Shown here: positions 28,565 to 37,997 of the stretch, piece after piece
How positions within the stretch are numbered: the first letter of the stretch is position 1
Layout of the letters: the number at the start of each line of letters is the position of its first letter
Source of the DNA: Candidatus Latescibacterota bacterium
Lineage (GTDB): Bacteria; Latescibacterota; UBA2968; UBA8231
Length of the DNA: 64,000 nt
Direction: 5' to 3'
Assembly (NCBI GenBank): GCA_965248265.1
Contig: CBDFJF010000002.1
Span: 2,752,001-2,816,000, forward strand
Notes under the pieces: model-generated
What the model saw: the letters and a program-made list of their open reading frames with translations, nothing else
Database searches by the model: none
Told to the model about the DNA's origin: nothing
Program-made: the position numbers and the translations under genes

Positions 28565-31204
28565 TCAGCGCTCAGCCAGCTTCGTCAACGCCGCCAACAC
28601 CTGAATCCGCGCCTTGTCCGCCAGCGTCCGGTCCAGGTCGATCAGCCAGTGGAAGCCGCCCAATGGCTTGTCGTCGTCAAGCTCATCCGAGTGGCCGCCC
28701 GCTTCACAGACACTGGCTGGCAGGGTCTCCAGCAGCCGACGAGCTTCGTCCAATTCCGGACCTGTGATCCCCCGGGCGGAGGCGTCCTTGATCGCCCGGT
28801 CCAGCATCACGAAGTACTCATAATCCTGGATCCCTTCCCGGGCGGCCTCGAGGTGTTTGCCGGCCGTTATCGAATCCCTGTCGATGAACAGGGGCGCGAA
28901 CGTGCTCTTGAAGGCCAGGTACTCGTTCCACGATGAGGCACCGCCCGTGTCGCCGAACGACCACATGTGGATGGCTTCCGCCCCGTAGTGCCAGCTCGTC
29001 CACGCCATCAGCCGGCCCGCGTACGGATCCTTGGTCCGACCCATCCACGCCTTGTAGAACTCGAGGGCGATCCCCTGATCGCGCTTGTTCAAGAAGTAGT
29101 TGCGATACTCCTCGCCCTGTCTCAAAAAGGAACCGTAGTTGGGGCTCAGTACATGGCAGGCGTCGATCATGTCCTGATTCGCCTCGAGCATATCCATGTG
29201 GGTCACATCCTCCCAAACGCGGACTCCCGTGTCCGCTGCGCGGATCGGCTTCGCCCACAGGAGGATGCGCTCGTCGAGATACGGCTCGTCAGGCTCATCC
29301 ACGAGCAGCAGCGCGAACTGCTCCGGTGATATCCCTTTCGACTTCATGTGCCGCGCCCAGAAGCTTACCCACGCTTTTACTGCAGTATTGAATTCGGGCG
29401 TCCCCATGGGCAACGACTCGAAATCGGTGCCGACTTTCGCGAACACCATGTACTGGGCAGCATCCGGCCATAGTTCGATCCAGGCGTCGAAGTAGCCGGT
29501 GGCGGGTGGCGCCGTCATCGCTCCCGTCGCATCGTGCGTGCCGCGCGGCAGCACCAGCTTGAGGCCCCACGGTGAGTCGACGCGGTGTTCGCGCAGGTGC
29601 TCGACAAGCGCTGAGCGGTTCTGCTCTGTTATGAGGGGAAAGTGACCGATCCGGTCCGTGTAATCCCATCCGCCGAAGTGCAGCGTCTGCTTCTGAGGGA
29701 AGTCCAGGGGATACAGGTGCATGCGTAACGGAAACCGCTTGGCGCTGGGTGTCGATTCTACGACGATCTCGCCCTCGTATGTGCCGGGCTCGACGTCGAC
29801 CGGATTGAAGGTCAGCCACACTTGTCGCGTCATGCCGGAGGGCACGGTCACCGTATACAGGTCGTTCTCGGTGACGGCCTCGGGTAGCGCGGCCGCGACC
29901 GGCACGCCGCCGCGCGTGTCCGTCCAGATCACCTCGTGAACGGTCACGTATTCCGGATTGTCACCCCCGGGCAGACCGCTCAGCTTGAACGCCACCTGCA
30001 CAGGCTCATCGCTGCTGTTGCTGACATTGAACGAGCCCGCGCGGTGTTCCTTGCGCATCAGGTGCACGTCGACCGCTAGTTCAGCCTCCGAGTCCGGGGT
30101 GCCGATGAGCGGAAGTGCGTCCCACAGATCAGAGCGCCAGAACGTGAGCGGCTCAAGACTTCTCGCGCGCCAGAGCCAGGCCTGGGTTCGCAGCACCCGT
30201 TCGTGCCACGAATTCAGCGGCAGCACGGCCTCGAAGTCCTCCCCGAACGTCGCGCTGGCCTGTCCCAGGTTCTCTTCGACGGCCGCCAGCTCTCCCAGGA
30301 CGTCGTCTCGTATCGAAACCGGGATACCTTCCGCTGCGGCCGCATTCCGCAAGGCCTCGATGTCCTGCGTGAGGCGCGTGCGAATCCCTTTCTGGTTGGC
30401 GAGCCCACGTGCGAAGGTGCTGACGTCGCCGACGGACGGTCCTGGCAGCGGCTCATACACCCACTCCGGCTCTCCCGCGTAGACCTCGATCTCGTCTACG
30501 AAGGTGTACGGCTCGTTCCACACCACCAGGCTAACGTAGCGCCCGTGTGTCCGCAGCCGGTCGGTCCAGTAGCGGTACGTCGCATACTGCTCGGCTCGAG
30601 TTTTGTAGGCATCCTCGATGACCCGCTCACGAACCTCGGGAGTCATTTTCTCCGGAAAGCGCTCCCGGTACTGGTTGTAGTGGTGGTGCACTTCGGCCTG
30701 ACTGAACACCATCTCGTCGACGGCCCACATGGCGTCGGGTGCCTTCACTGGTGCGAACGGTCCGTGCTGTTCCTCACTCAGCTGAACCAGGTCGCCGATT
30801 TCGTGAAACTGCTCGTCTTCACCGGCCACGAGGACGCGGATCGTCAGCGGCCATTTCACATTGGCAAACCCGCCAGCGGTGTGGTAGGATACCCCCCGTA
30901 TCGGCTTCACCTCGCCCAGGTCAATCGTCACCATGGAGGGCGTCTTTTCCGCGTAGCCGACCGTCGACTTCTGCACCCAAAAATAACCCTCCGTGTAGAC
31001 CCCGTCCGTCAGCTGCTCGTAATCACCCGGGTCCGAGCAATGCCCGTAATTCGGTCGAGGCTCGATCGTGTAGCTGGCCCCGAGGGCGATGTTTGCGCTC
31101 GGACGCTCCGTCGGGACCGTTCGGTGTGCCGTTGGTGAAAGGGCCGCTTCCTGCGCCCACGTCTGTACTGCCATCAATAACGCTATCGCTGTCGACCACT
31201 TCAT
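28565..31204 (-). CDS. Secreted protein with discoidin-like N-terminus and GH123/DUF4091-like domain
   Basis: Signal peptide, NIALG..Y, LTDG, FVDEIEVY, VDEP, LEAAREGIQDYEY. Confidence 0.65.
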   Translation of the reverse strand: MKWSTAIALLMAVQTWAQEAALSPTAHRTVPTERPSANIALGASYTIEPRPNYGHCSDPGDYEQLTDGVYTEGYFWVQKSTVGYAEKTPSMVTIDLGEVKPIRGVSYHTAGGFANVKWPLTIRVLVAGEDEQFHEIGDLVQLSEEQHGPFAPVKAPDAMWAVDEMVFSQAEVHHHYNQYRERFPEKMTPEVRERVIEDAYKTRAEQYATYRYWTDRLRTHGRYVSLVVWNEPYTFVDEIEVYAGEPEWVYEPLPGPSVGDVSTFARGLANQKGIRTRLTQDIEALRNAAAAEGIPVSIRDDVLGELAAVEENLGQASATFGEDFEAVLPLNSWHERVLRTQAWLWRARSLEPLTFWRSDLWDALPLIGTPDSEAELAVDVHLMRKEHRAGSFNVSNSSDEPVQVAFKLSGLPGGDNPEYVTVHEVIWTDTRGGVPVAAALPEAVTENDLYTVTVPSGMTRQVWLTFNPVDVEPGTYEGEIVVESTPSAKRFPLRMHLYPLDFPQKQTLHFGGWDYTDRIGHFPLITEQNRSALVEHLREHRVDSPWGLKLVLPRGTHDATGAMTAPPATGYFDAWIELWPDAAQYMVFAKVGTDFESLPMGTPEFNTAVKAWVSFWARHMKSKGISPEQFALLLVDEPDEPYLDERILLWAKPIRAADTGVRVWEDVTHMDMLEANQDMIDACHVLSPNYGSFLRQGEEYRNYFLNKRDQGIALEFYKAWMGRTKDPYAGRLMAWTSWHYGAEAIHMWSFGDTGGASSWNEYLAFKSTFAPLFIDRDSITAGKHLEAAREGIQDYEYFVMLDRAIKDASARGITGPELDEARRLLETLPASVCEAGGHSDELDDDKPLGGFHWLIDLDRTLADKARIQVLAALTKLAER

Positions 31205-31517
31205 CGCCTATACCTCATATCTATTGGATTCCTCCTACTATAGGGCATCTGTGCTAGATGCGACACTCAAGGTCGTGCCTAGGCGAGCGTTGAGCGGCGC
31301 ACCTACCGCTTGAGTTGGTGCGTCTTGCTGGGCCGGGTATTTCATCTCGACGTGACGGTCTGCCCCGACCGCGGTTCGATCACCACTGCGTATTACTCGC
31401 TATGCCGAAGATAGCCATTGACACGGCCTGCCGACCGCCTACAATGCACATCGAACGGCGCGCCGTCTCGCTCGGTAACGGCGGCCAGATGGGAAATCCC
31501 GGGAGAAGGAGAAGAGG

Positions 31518-33068
31518 ATGACAGACGCAACTCAGGTATGGTCTGTCGGGACACGCAAACAGCTTCTGTTTGACCGTCGCTTCGTCGAGTCGTCCGCGGG
31601 CCTGCAGTTCACGGTCAATCCCCCCCTTCAGCGTACACCAGTCAATCTGCCGTCCCTCCGCGGTCTGCACCCGTGCGGCGGTTTGACGGTACTCGACGTC
31701 GACGGACGTTTGTGGCTGTACTACCTCACGATGCCGAACGAGGCGCGTGAGTCTGATCAGCTAAATTGCATGTGCTGCCTGGCGTACTCGGGCGACGGCA
31801 TCGACTGGGAACTGGCGCAGGTGGACCGGTTCGAGGTGGCGGGATTGGCTCAGAACAACGTGGTCATGCCCGGTGCGGTCGGCACGCCGTTCCTCGATCC
31901 CCGGGAGACATGCGGCTGCCGATTCTGGTTCGCGGGATCGCTGGGCGAGCGCACCGAGCCGCCCATCTGGGACGAAGCCCGGGAAACGTACTACGGCTAT
32001 TTCGACGACGGCCGGAAAGTCCACGTCCACGGCGCGGTGTACCTGCTCCATTCGGAGGATGGCATATCGTGGCGCCGACTGCGCAGCGGCGTCGTGGTTC
32101 CCTTCCGCTGCGACACGCAGAACCAGGTCCTCTACGATGCCGGCGCCGGCGCCTACGTTGCATATCTGCGCGGCGCGGCGGCCGCGGGTACGTGGGGCCC
32201 GGGCTGGGGGAGAAGGCGGACGGTCGCCCGCCTGACTTCGCCCGAGCTCACGCAGTTGCCGTTCGACTTCCATGAGGACACGACGCTTCCCAGGAGCCCG
32301 GTCGGGCTTTACGACCGGCTGCCGCCGCAGTGCGCGCCGGTGGTCATGGCGGGTGACGAGCGTGATCCGCCGGCCACGGACGTCTACACGCCCTGCGTCA
32401 ACCCGTACGTATGGGCGGACGACGCCATCTTTGCCTTCCCATCCATGTTCCGCCAATACGGCGAGCAGGACAGCCATGGGCGGGACCATCGAGGGCAGAA
32501 CCCGAAAGACGGCCCAGTGGAGGTGCAGCTCGCCGTGAGCCGCGACGGCGTCACATTCGAACGGTTCCGCACGCCCTACGTTGGTCTTGGTCTGATAGAC
32601 GAGCCGCACCTCGGAGGATCAGTCTACATGGGGGTGGGCCTGATCCGGCGAGGCAACTTCGTCTACCAGTACTACACCGAGGCAGCGACCACCCACGGAA
32701 CCCCTGACACGGACGTGCGCATCTGGCAGGCCAAACAGCGTCTGGACGGTTTCGTCTCGGTAGATGCAGGGCCGGAGGACGGTTGGTTTGTGACGCCGCC
32801 GATCGAGTTCGCTGGGAGCCGTCTGCAGCTGAACATCGACTGCGGCGCGTTGGGCGAAGCGTGGGTCGAACTCCAGGACGAAACCGGGAAGCCGTTACCC
32901 GGGTACACCTTCGAGGACGCCGTGTCCGTCGACCGGAACGGTGTCGCCCAGGAGGTCTGGTGGCGGGGAGGCCCGGACGTCGGCTCGCTGAGGGGCCGGC
33001 CTGTCAGGTTGCGCGTCACGATGCGTTCGTTGAAGCTCTACGCCTTCCAGTTCGTGGAGGCCGGCTGA
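31518..33068 (+). CDS. Glycoside-hydrolase-like beta-propeller protein (paralog of 21732)
   Basis: S.DGI.W repeats; RLDGFVS...LYAFQF. Confidence 0.7.
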   Translation: MTDATQVWSVGTRKQLLFDRRFVESSAGLQFTVNPPLQRTPVNLPSLRGLHPCGGLTVLDVDGRLWLYYLTMPNEARESDQLNCMCCLAYSGDGIDWELAQVDRFEVAGLAQNNVVMPGAVGTPFLDPRETCGCRFWFAGSLGERTEPPIWDEARETYYGYFDDGRKVHVHGAVYLLHSEDGISWRRLRSGVVVPFRCDTQNQVLYDAGAGAYVAYLRGAAAAGTWGPGWGRRRTVARLTSPELTQLPFDFHEDTTLPRSPVGLYDRLPPQCAPVVMAGDERDPPATDVYTPCVNPYVWADDAIFAFPSMFRQYGEQDSHGRDHRGQNPKDGPVEVQLAVSRDGVTFERFRTPYVGLGLIDEPHLGGSVYMGVGLIRRGNFVYQYYTEAATTHGTPDTDVRIWQAKQRLDGFVSVDAGPEDGWFVTPPIEFAGSRLQLNIDCGALGEAWVELQDETGKPLPGYTFEDAVSVDRNGVAQEVWWRGGPDVGSLRGRPVRLRVTMRSLKLYAFQFVEAG

Positions 33069-33285
33069 AGGGGGCGCGCCGAGCGGCGATTCTTGAAAAG
33101 GCACGGCGGTCCGGTTGTCCGGTCGCTCATATGGCAGATTCCCGACGCACCGTCCGAGTGGAACTACACCATTCGACCGTCCCATGCGAACTGATAAAAT
33201 TCCACTAATTTCTGCGCAGCCCCCGTCCGTCTGCTTCAGTCACCGCTTCTGACCTCCGAAGTCCCGCCATCGCTAATCGGCGCGG

Positions 33286-34614
33286 TCACGGCCGGGGCCG
33301 CCGTTGCCACCGCGGGTAACTGATCGACTCTGTGGCGGGGTGACCTGTAAACTTCACTTTGAACGGTATCTCATATAGATGTACGGCATAAGGCTCGAAG
33401 GAGTCCTCAAACACCCCGTTCTCGACGGCCACCAGTCGATGCTCAGAACGCACCGAAGCACCATCTGGTGCCAATCCGCCATCAGGAACAGGAACCTTGA
33501 ACCGAGCTTTGATCGGCGAATCGAGGCCGTTGACCGCGATCAGGAAGTAGCCGCTGTCAGTTTGCCGCAGTGACAGGTGCAGTGCTGTATATCCAAGTTC
33601 TCCTGATCCGTCCCAGGTGGGCCTTCGACTGTCCTTGGACCCTTCGATGATTTCCCACACGAGCCCGGGCGCCTCCGGTGCCAAGAGGTAAGGCGCAAGA
33701 AGGCGCAATTCCGCCGTCAGGTCCGCCCACTGCGACCAGTACGCCGGATCTGACTGGTTGATCCACCAGTCGCGCCCCTCCTCACGATAGTGGAAGGCAA
33801 AGTAAGTAACGCCGCTGATGCCGCGCGTCACAGCCATATAGGTCATGCAACGAACCTCGACTATCGTCGGGGCACGATCGGGGATGTTACTTTTATGTAA
33901 AAAATCGAGGCCCTGCACGGGCGCCATCTGAATCCACATCCAACCCAGCTTGCCCGCCGCGCCCTTCATCACACTGTCGGAGTATTGGGCAACATGGTTC
34001 AAGGTAAATACAGGGACCGGGTAAACGTCACCCGAGTGGATGTCGGCGACATCGCGATAGTCCTGATAGTCCTTGAGATATCCGTAGCCCAGGTTGATGT
34101 ATACCGGGTGCAGCGGATCAAGCCGCTTGATCAGGTCATATGCCGGCTTGAACCTTTCGGGTGGCACCCTGTAGGGCAGGTCGACGTTAGGCACACCCTC
34201 GGGGCCAGAGACGCGGATATTGGGCTCATCCTCCAACTCCCACACCAGCAGTCCGGGGGCATCGCGACAGGCCATAACTATCTGCTCAAGCACTTCCAGG
34301 TCTTCCCACACACCATTGCCCACTGAAGCCATCGCGTACATGCCGTTGGCATAAGCCTCATCAATGTCGGAACGCCATGACTCCAGGTTTAGGCGGGGCG
34401 GGTGTTGCCCGTGGGTAATGGCGAGATTGAAGCCCTTCTCGCCAGCATCCGGCAGAGAATAATGCCCGTGCCCGACCCAGCCTATGCCCACCGGGAAAAA
34501 CGGTTTCCCGTTTACATAGAGGCCTTCTGTGCGAATCTCCACACGCTTTACCGGCGGGGGCGGACCCGCCTGCGTCGGCAATGCGTTCAGGAAGACGATC
34601 CCCACGAGCATCAA
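33286..34614 (-). CDS. Putative glycoside hydrolase (TIM-barrel), hypothetical
   Basis: LYVNGKPFFPVG, WELEDEP, DVYPVP; possible frameshift in the signal peptide (RBS and ATG at 34685 in another frame). Confidence 0.55.
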   Translation of the reverse strand: MMLVGIVFLNALPTQAGPPPPVKRVEIRTEGLYVNGKPFFPVGIGWVGHGHYSLPDAGEKGFNLAITHGQHPPRLNLESWRSDIDEAYANGMYAMASVGNGVWEDLEVLEQIVMACRDAPGLLVWELEDEPNIRVSGPEGVPNVDLPYRVPPERFKPAYDLIKRLDPLHPVYINLGYGYLKDYQDYRDVADIHSGDVYPVPVFTLNHVAQYSDSVMKGAAGKLGWMWIQMAPVQGLDFLHKSNIPDRAPTIVEVRCMTYMAVTRGISGVTYFAFHYREEGRDWWINQSDPAYWSQWADLTAELRLLAPYLLAPEAPGLVWEIIEGSKDSRRPTWDGSGELGYTALHLSLRQTDSGYFLIAVNGLDSPIKARFKVPVPDGGLAPDGASVRSEHRLVAVENGVFEDSFEPYAVHLYEIPFKVKFTGHPATESISYPRWQRRPRP

Positions 34615-34794
34615 ACAGCTTGCGCCATAGCTCCGAGACCACTTAGGGATGAGCCAGTGTTGGTGTGTTGAGGTGATTTTGCCATAGCCAGTATCTCCTT
34701 AAGTATCTGTCTAGCGGGGATTTCCCATATAACACGATGGTTAGACAAGCGGTAACATGTCAACGCCAATCGTGGGCAAATATCGAGTCTCCGT

Positions 34795-35985
34795 TCAGTT
34801 GAGGATAGGTGTGTAAGGTCTGTTGTTTTTAAGGACGCTGAAGACGACGTGGAGCATCTTGTTGGCGACATGGGTGAGTGCGACGAGGTGGTGCTTGCCG
34901 CGATCGATCTGCCGTTGATAGACCTGAGTGAAGAGCGGGTCATGGCTCTTGAAGACGGCGATCTCACAAGCCTGCATGACGGCGGTGCGCAGATAGCGGC
35001 TGCCACGTTTGGACATCCTGCCACGGCCGACTTGGTCGCCGCTGTCGAACTGCTTGACGTCGAGGCCAGCGGTGGCGACGAACTTGCGAGCACCGTGCTG
35101 ATCCTCGGGATGAAACACCGGCAAGATCTCGGCGAGGATCGTTGGCGCCCAGACGGGTCCAAGACCGGGAATGGATTGCAGGAGGGTCTGTTGCTCGCTC
35201 ACGAGATCCCGCAATTGTTCGTCGAGTTGCGCGATCTGATCGATGAGCAGGTTGACGCGCTCCATGACAAAGCGGATCTCCAGGGCCAGATGCTGCTGGC
35301 GATGCGTGAGCGCGAAGGAGTCCTTGGCAGCCGCCTTCAGGGCCTGGGCCTGATCCCGTCCGAAGGCCCCACGGCTGGCATCCTTCAACAGCCGCGTCAG
35401 GCGCCGAATGTCGACGCGGGCCAGCTCATCCGCAGTGGGAAATTGAGCCAGGACGGCGCGACTGGCAGCGCCGAACAGATCGGCGAAGTGCTGTCGGTAT
35501 TCGGGGAAGGCCAGGTCGAGGAGACTGACCAGATGGGTCTTCTCGGCCTTGACCGTGTGGGCGCACTGGAAGCGCAACCGGGTGAGGTCCCGTAGCTGAC
35601 GTACCTGGCGATCGGGAATAGCGCAGACCTTCAGGTGCGTTTCTCGCAGCAGGTGGGCGATCAACAGTGCATCGGCACTGTCGGTCTTGGTGCCACGGAT
35701 GGTGATATTACGCCGCGCTGCAACGACCAGGGGGTTGAGGACCTCGACCGAGTAGCCAGCCAGGATCAACACTTCGTACAGGACCATCCAGTAGTGCCCA
35801 GTGGCCTCCATGCCGACGCGGATGTCGGCGGCGAGTTGTTCGGTCTCGGCGAGACGTCGACACAACTGCTCAACCCCTTCGCGGGAGTGCTGCACGGCAA
35901 GATTTCGGAAGACGGCCTGGCCGTCCTGATCCAACAGTGTGGCGCGGTGACTGCGTTTCGCCACATCGATACCGAGAGTCCACAT
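34795..35985 (-). CDS. IS110-family recombinase/transposase
   Basis: GIDVAK, MEATG, KTDSAD (DEDD); GLD...DSG serine motif; AAGGAG RBS before MWTLG. Confidence 0.95.
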   Translation of the reverse strand: MWTLGIDVAKRSHRATLLDQDGQAVFRNLAVQHSREGVEQLCRRLAETEQLAADIRVGMEATGHYWMVLYEVLILAGYSVEVLNPLVVAARRNITIRGTKTDSADALLIAHLLRETHLKVCAIPDRQVRQLRDLTRLRFQCAHTVKAEKTHLVSLLDLAFPEYRQHFADLFGAASRAVLAQFPTADELARVDIRRLTRLLKDASRGAFGRDQAQALKAAAKDSFALTHRQQHLALEIRFVMERVNLLIDQIAQLDEQLRDLVSEQQTLLQSIPGLGPVWAPTILAEILPVFHPEDQHGARKFVATAGLDVKQFDSGDQVGRGRMSKRGSRYLRTAVMQACEIAVFKSHDPLFTQVYQRQIDRGKHHLVALTHVANKMLHVVFSVLKNNRPYTPILN

Positions 35986-35999
35986 TGGACGAGCTCCTT

Positions 36000-36265
36000 G
36001 GTCAAGAGACCGAAGCTGCCCACGATCGGGTAACACCAGCTGGCACATCCTCGTAGCCAGATCAGGGAACATGGGTCCCATCAAGCGGTAAGTGCATGTG
36101 CTGGCGCGTATGGCGTTCTATCCGAGAGGACCGAGCCTCGAGGCACGAATAGCCAACCCCAGCAGCTTCACTGATCTAGGATTGCCTCACTGCATCAGAA
36201 AAGCAAGCACTGAGTGCACGCAGCTGGTCGGTGCCCCGCAGGTCAGACCTACCCGAAGTGGTCTG
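36000..36265 (-). ncRNA. Predicted IS110 bridge RNA (boundaries approximate)
   Basis: Left-end noncoding region. Loop with TTACCGCTTG and TACGAG matches the donor junction; upstream loop carries TATTCGT and GGATAG. Confidence 0.7.
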
Positions 36266-36278
36266 CACTTATTATACG

Positions 36279-36378
36279 AGGATAAATAAGGGCCCGTTAT
36301 CGGTAGTCAAACCCCTCGAAGGCGTCGGCCTGCCGTCACGGGCACCGCCGATCGCCCCCGCACGCGCCAATCCCCAGC
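36279..36378 (-). mobile_element. oriIS tip (variant E) followed by an inverted 60-bp transposase scrap
   Basis: aggataaataagggcccgttatcggtagtcaa resembles variant A and 41876; 36320-36378 is an approximate reverse complement of 23762-23820. Confidence 0.7.
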
Positions 36379-36576
36379 ATGGTTAGGCACGATAGGCAGT
36401 AATTATGGCTAGTTTGGATGCCTCAGGGTCTTGATGTCGCGTGGACCTGGCGCTTTTGTGAGCGGCGCATTTCGATTTTGCGCGCCAGCAACTGACACCA
36501 GGACAGACGATGCGGACAGGGCCCGTGGGACGATTCGAGCATGAGAGACCGCGGCTTCAACTCGGTCACGGTAGGC

Positions 36577-37662
36577 TCATCCCAAACTCAGCTCGCGATC
36601 GGCTAGGGGCAGGTCGATGCGGACATGTCCCCGGCGGTGGGATTCGCGCATGGCGATAGCGATTTCCAGCGCCTCGCGGCCGAACTCGCCGGGGCAGATG
36701 AGCTCCTCGCCAGCCTCGATGGAGCGGCAGACCCCTTCGATGGCGTCGACCATCGAGCTGCGAGGATGCCAGGGATTGGGAAACTGGTGTTGAACGGCTA
36801 CGCCACTGTCGGGATCCGTCTTCCACAGCTCGAACTGCGCGTGGGCGTTGCGGGAGACGATGCGGCCGTGCTCCCCGATGAACTCCAGCATCCACTGGCG
36901 GCCGCCGTCGATCTCGGACCGCGAGTTGAGCCAGGCCTGCACGCCATTGTCGTAGACGACGTGCCCCGAACCACACAGGTCGGAGTCAGCGGCCGCGGCC
37001 TCGTCGCTGTCCATGTGTCCGAAAACCCAGCGCGCCGGCGCGCCGGCGAAGAGACGCATGAGAGCGAGGCTGTGACTGCCGATGTTGGACAGGCTGGCGG
37101 AGCAGTGACAGACGATGGAGCGCAGCTCGCCGATGGCGCCGTCGGCGATGGCCTGCCTGGCATTCGTGTACCAGCTGTACCAGTTGAGGTGGCAGGCCAT
37201 GGCCAGGATGGTGTTCGTCTCGCGGCAGGCTTCTATCATGGCGTCAGCCTCGGCGAGGGTCCGGCACATCGGCTTGGTGGCGAAGATGGCGCGGACGCCG
37301 GCCTGTGCGAGGCCGATGACGACTTCGGCCCGTTCGTCCGGTCGCGTAGTGACGGCGACGAGATCTGGCTTCTCTATTTGAACCAAATCCCGGAAATCCA
37401 GATAGAGCGCCTCGACGTGCCAGCGGCGGCGGAAGTCGTCGAGCTTGGCCTGATCGATGTCGGCGCCAGCGACGAGCTCGGCACCACGAGCCTCGATGAT
37501 GGCCGGTGCGTGAGCCCAGGGCCACGGGTAGTGAGCCATGCCGACGTGCTCGTCGTCGATGATGCTGCCCATGCGGCCGCAGCCGACGACGGCGGCGCGG
37601 TAGGAGTGCTGTGGCCGCGACTGCTCCACGACCTTGAAGGCTTCGGCGCGAAATCGACTCAT
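36577..37662 (-). CDS. Gfo/Idh/MocA family oxidoreductase
   Basis: VVGCGRMG, TKPM, GSH. Confidence 0.9.
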   Translation of the reverse strand: MSRFRAEAFKVVEQSRPQHSYRAAVVGCGRMGSIIDDEHVGMAHYPWPWAHAPAIIEARGAELVAGADIDQAKLDDFRRRWHVEALYLDFRDLVQIEKPDLVAVTTRPDERAEVVIGLAQAGVRAIFATKPMCRTLAEADAMIEACRETNTILAMACHLNWYSWYTNARQAIADGAIGELRSIVCHCSASLSNIGSHSLALMRLFAGAPARWVFGHMDSDEAAAADSDLCGSGHVVYDNGVQAWLNSRSEIDGGRQWMLEFIGEHGRIVSRNAHAQFELWKTDPDSGVAVQHQFPNPWHPRSSMVDAIEGVCRSIEAGEELICPGEFGREALEIAIAMRESHRRGHVRIDLPLADRELSLG

Positions 37663-37682
37663 GGTGCGAGAATTTAGGACGA

Positions 37683-37835
37683 CGTATAGGACCGATAAGG
37701 GGCAATATCATTAGTCTATGACGGCAGAGGTGGAGTGTCGAGAGGGATTGTGAGCCAGGCGTAGAGCAGCGGATTGGTGCGGCGAGCGATGGGCGAGTGG
37801 ATTGGGCCTCCGAGTGCACCGACGGGTGCTTTGAA
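37683..37835 (-). mobile_element. IS91-family oriIS end (variant D)
   Basis: Near-identical to 44052-44175; minus strand ends TTATCGGTCCTATACGT. Confidence 0.82.
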
Positions 37836-37997
37836 TGGACCGTGGAAGTGCCGCCCGGCAGCACCGCGACCGCCACGTTACCGTACACCGGCGACGTTCG
37901 CACGTTGGAGCCGGGAAGACATGAGATCCAGGACGAAGAGGGAGGGAAGGGGTGATCTGCGCCCGATCACCGATCACCGATTACCGCTTTTCCGGGA

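Larger units (their letters stand above)
34743..36280 (-). mobile_element. Intact IS110-family element with CT core at both junctions
   Basis: Right end delimited by homology to 12528-12579, left end by homology to 17644-17679. Confidence 0.9.

Noticed and set aside
34743-36280. IS110 acting as the integrase that shuffles oriIS-bounded cassettes
   Set aside because: Known bridge recombinases join donor to target, not target to target, and most oriIS junctions here lack IS110 ends
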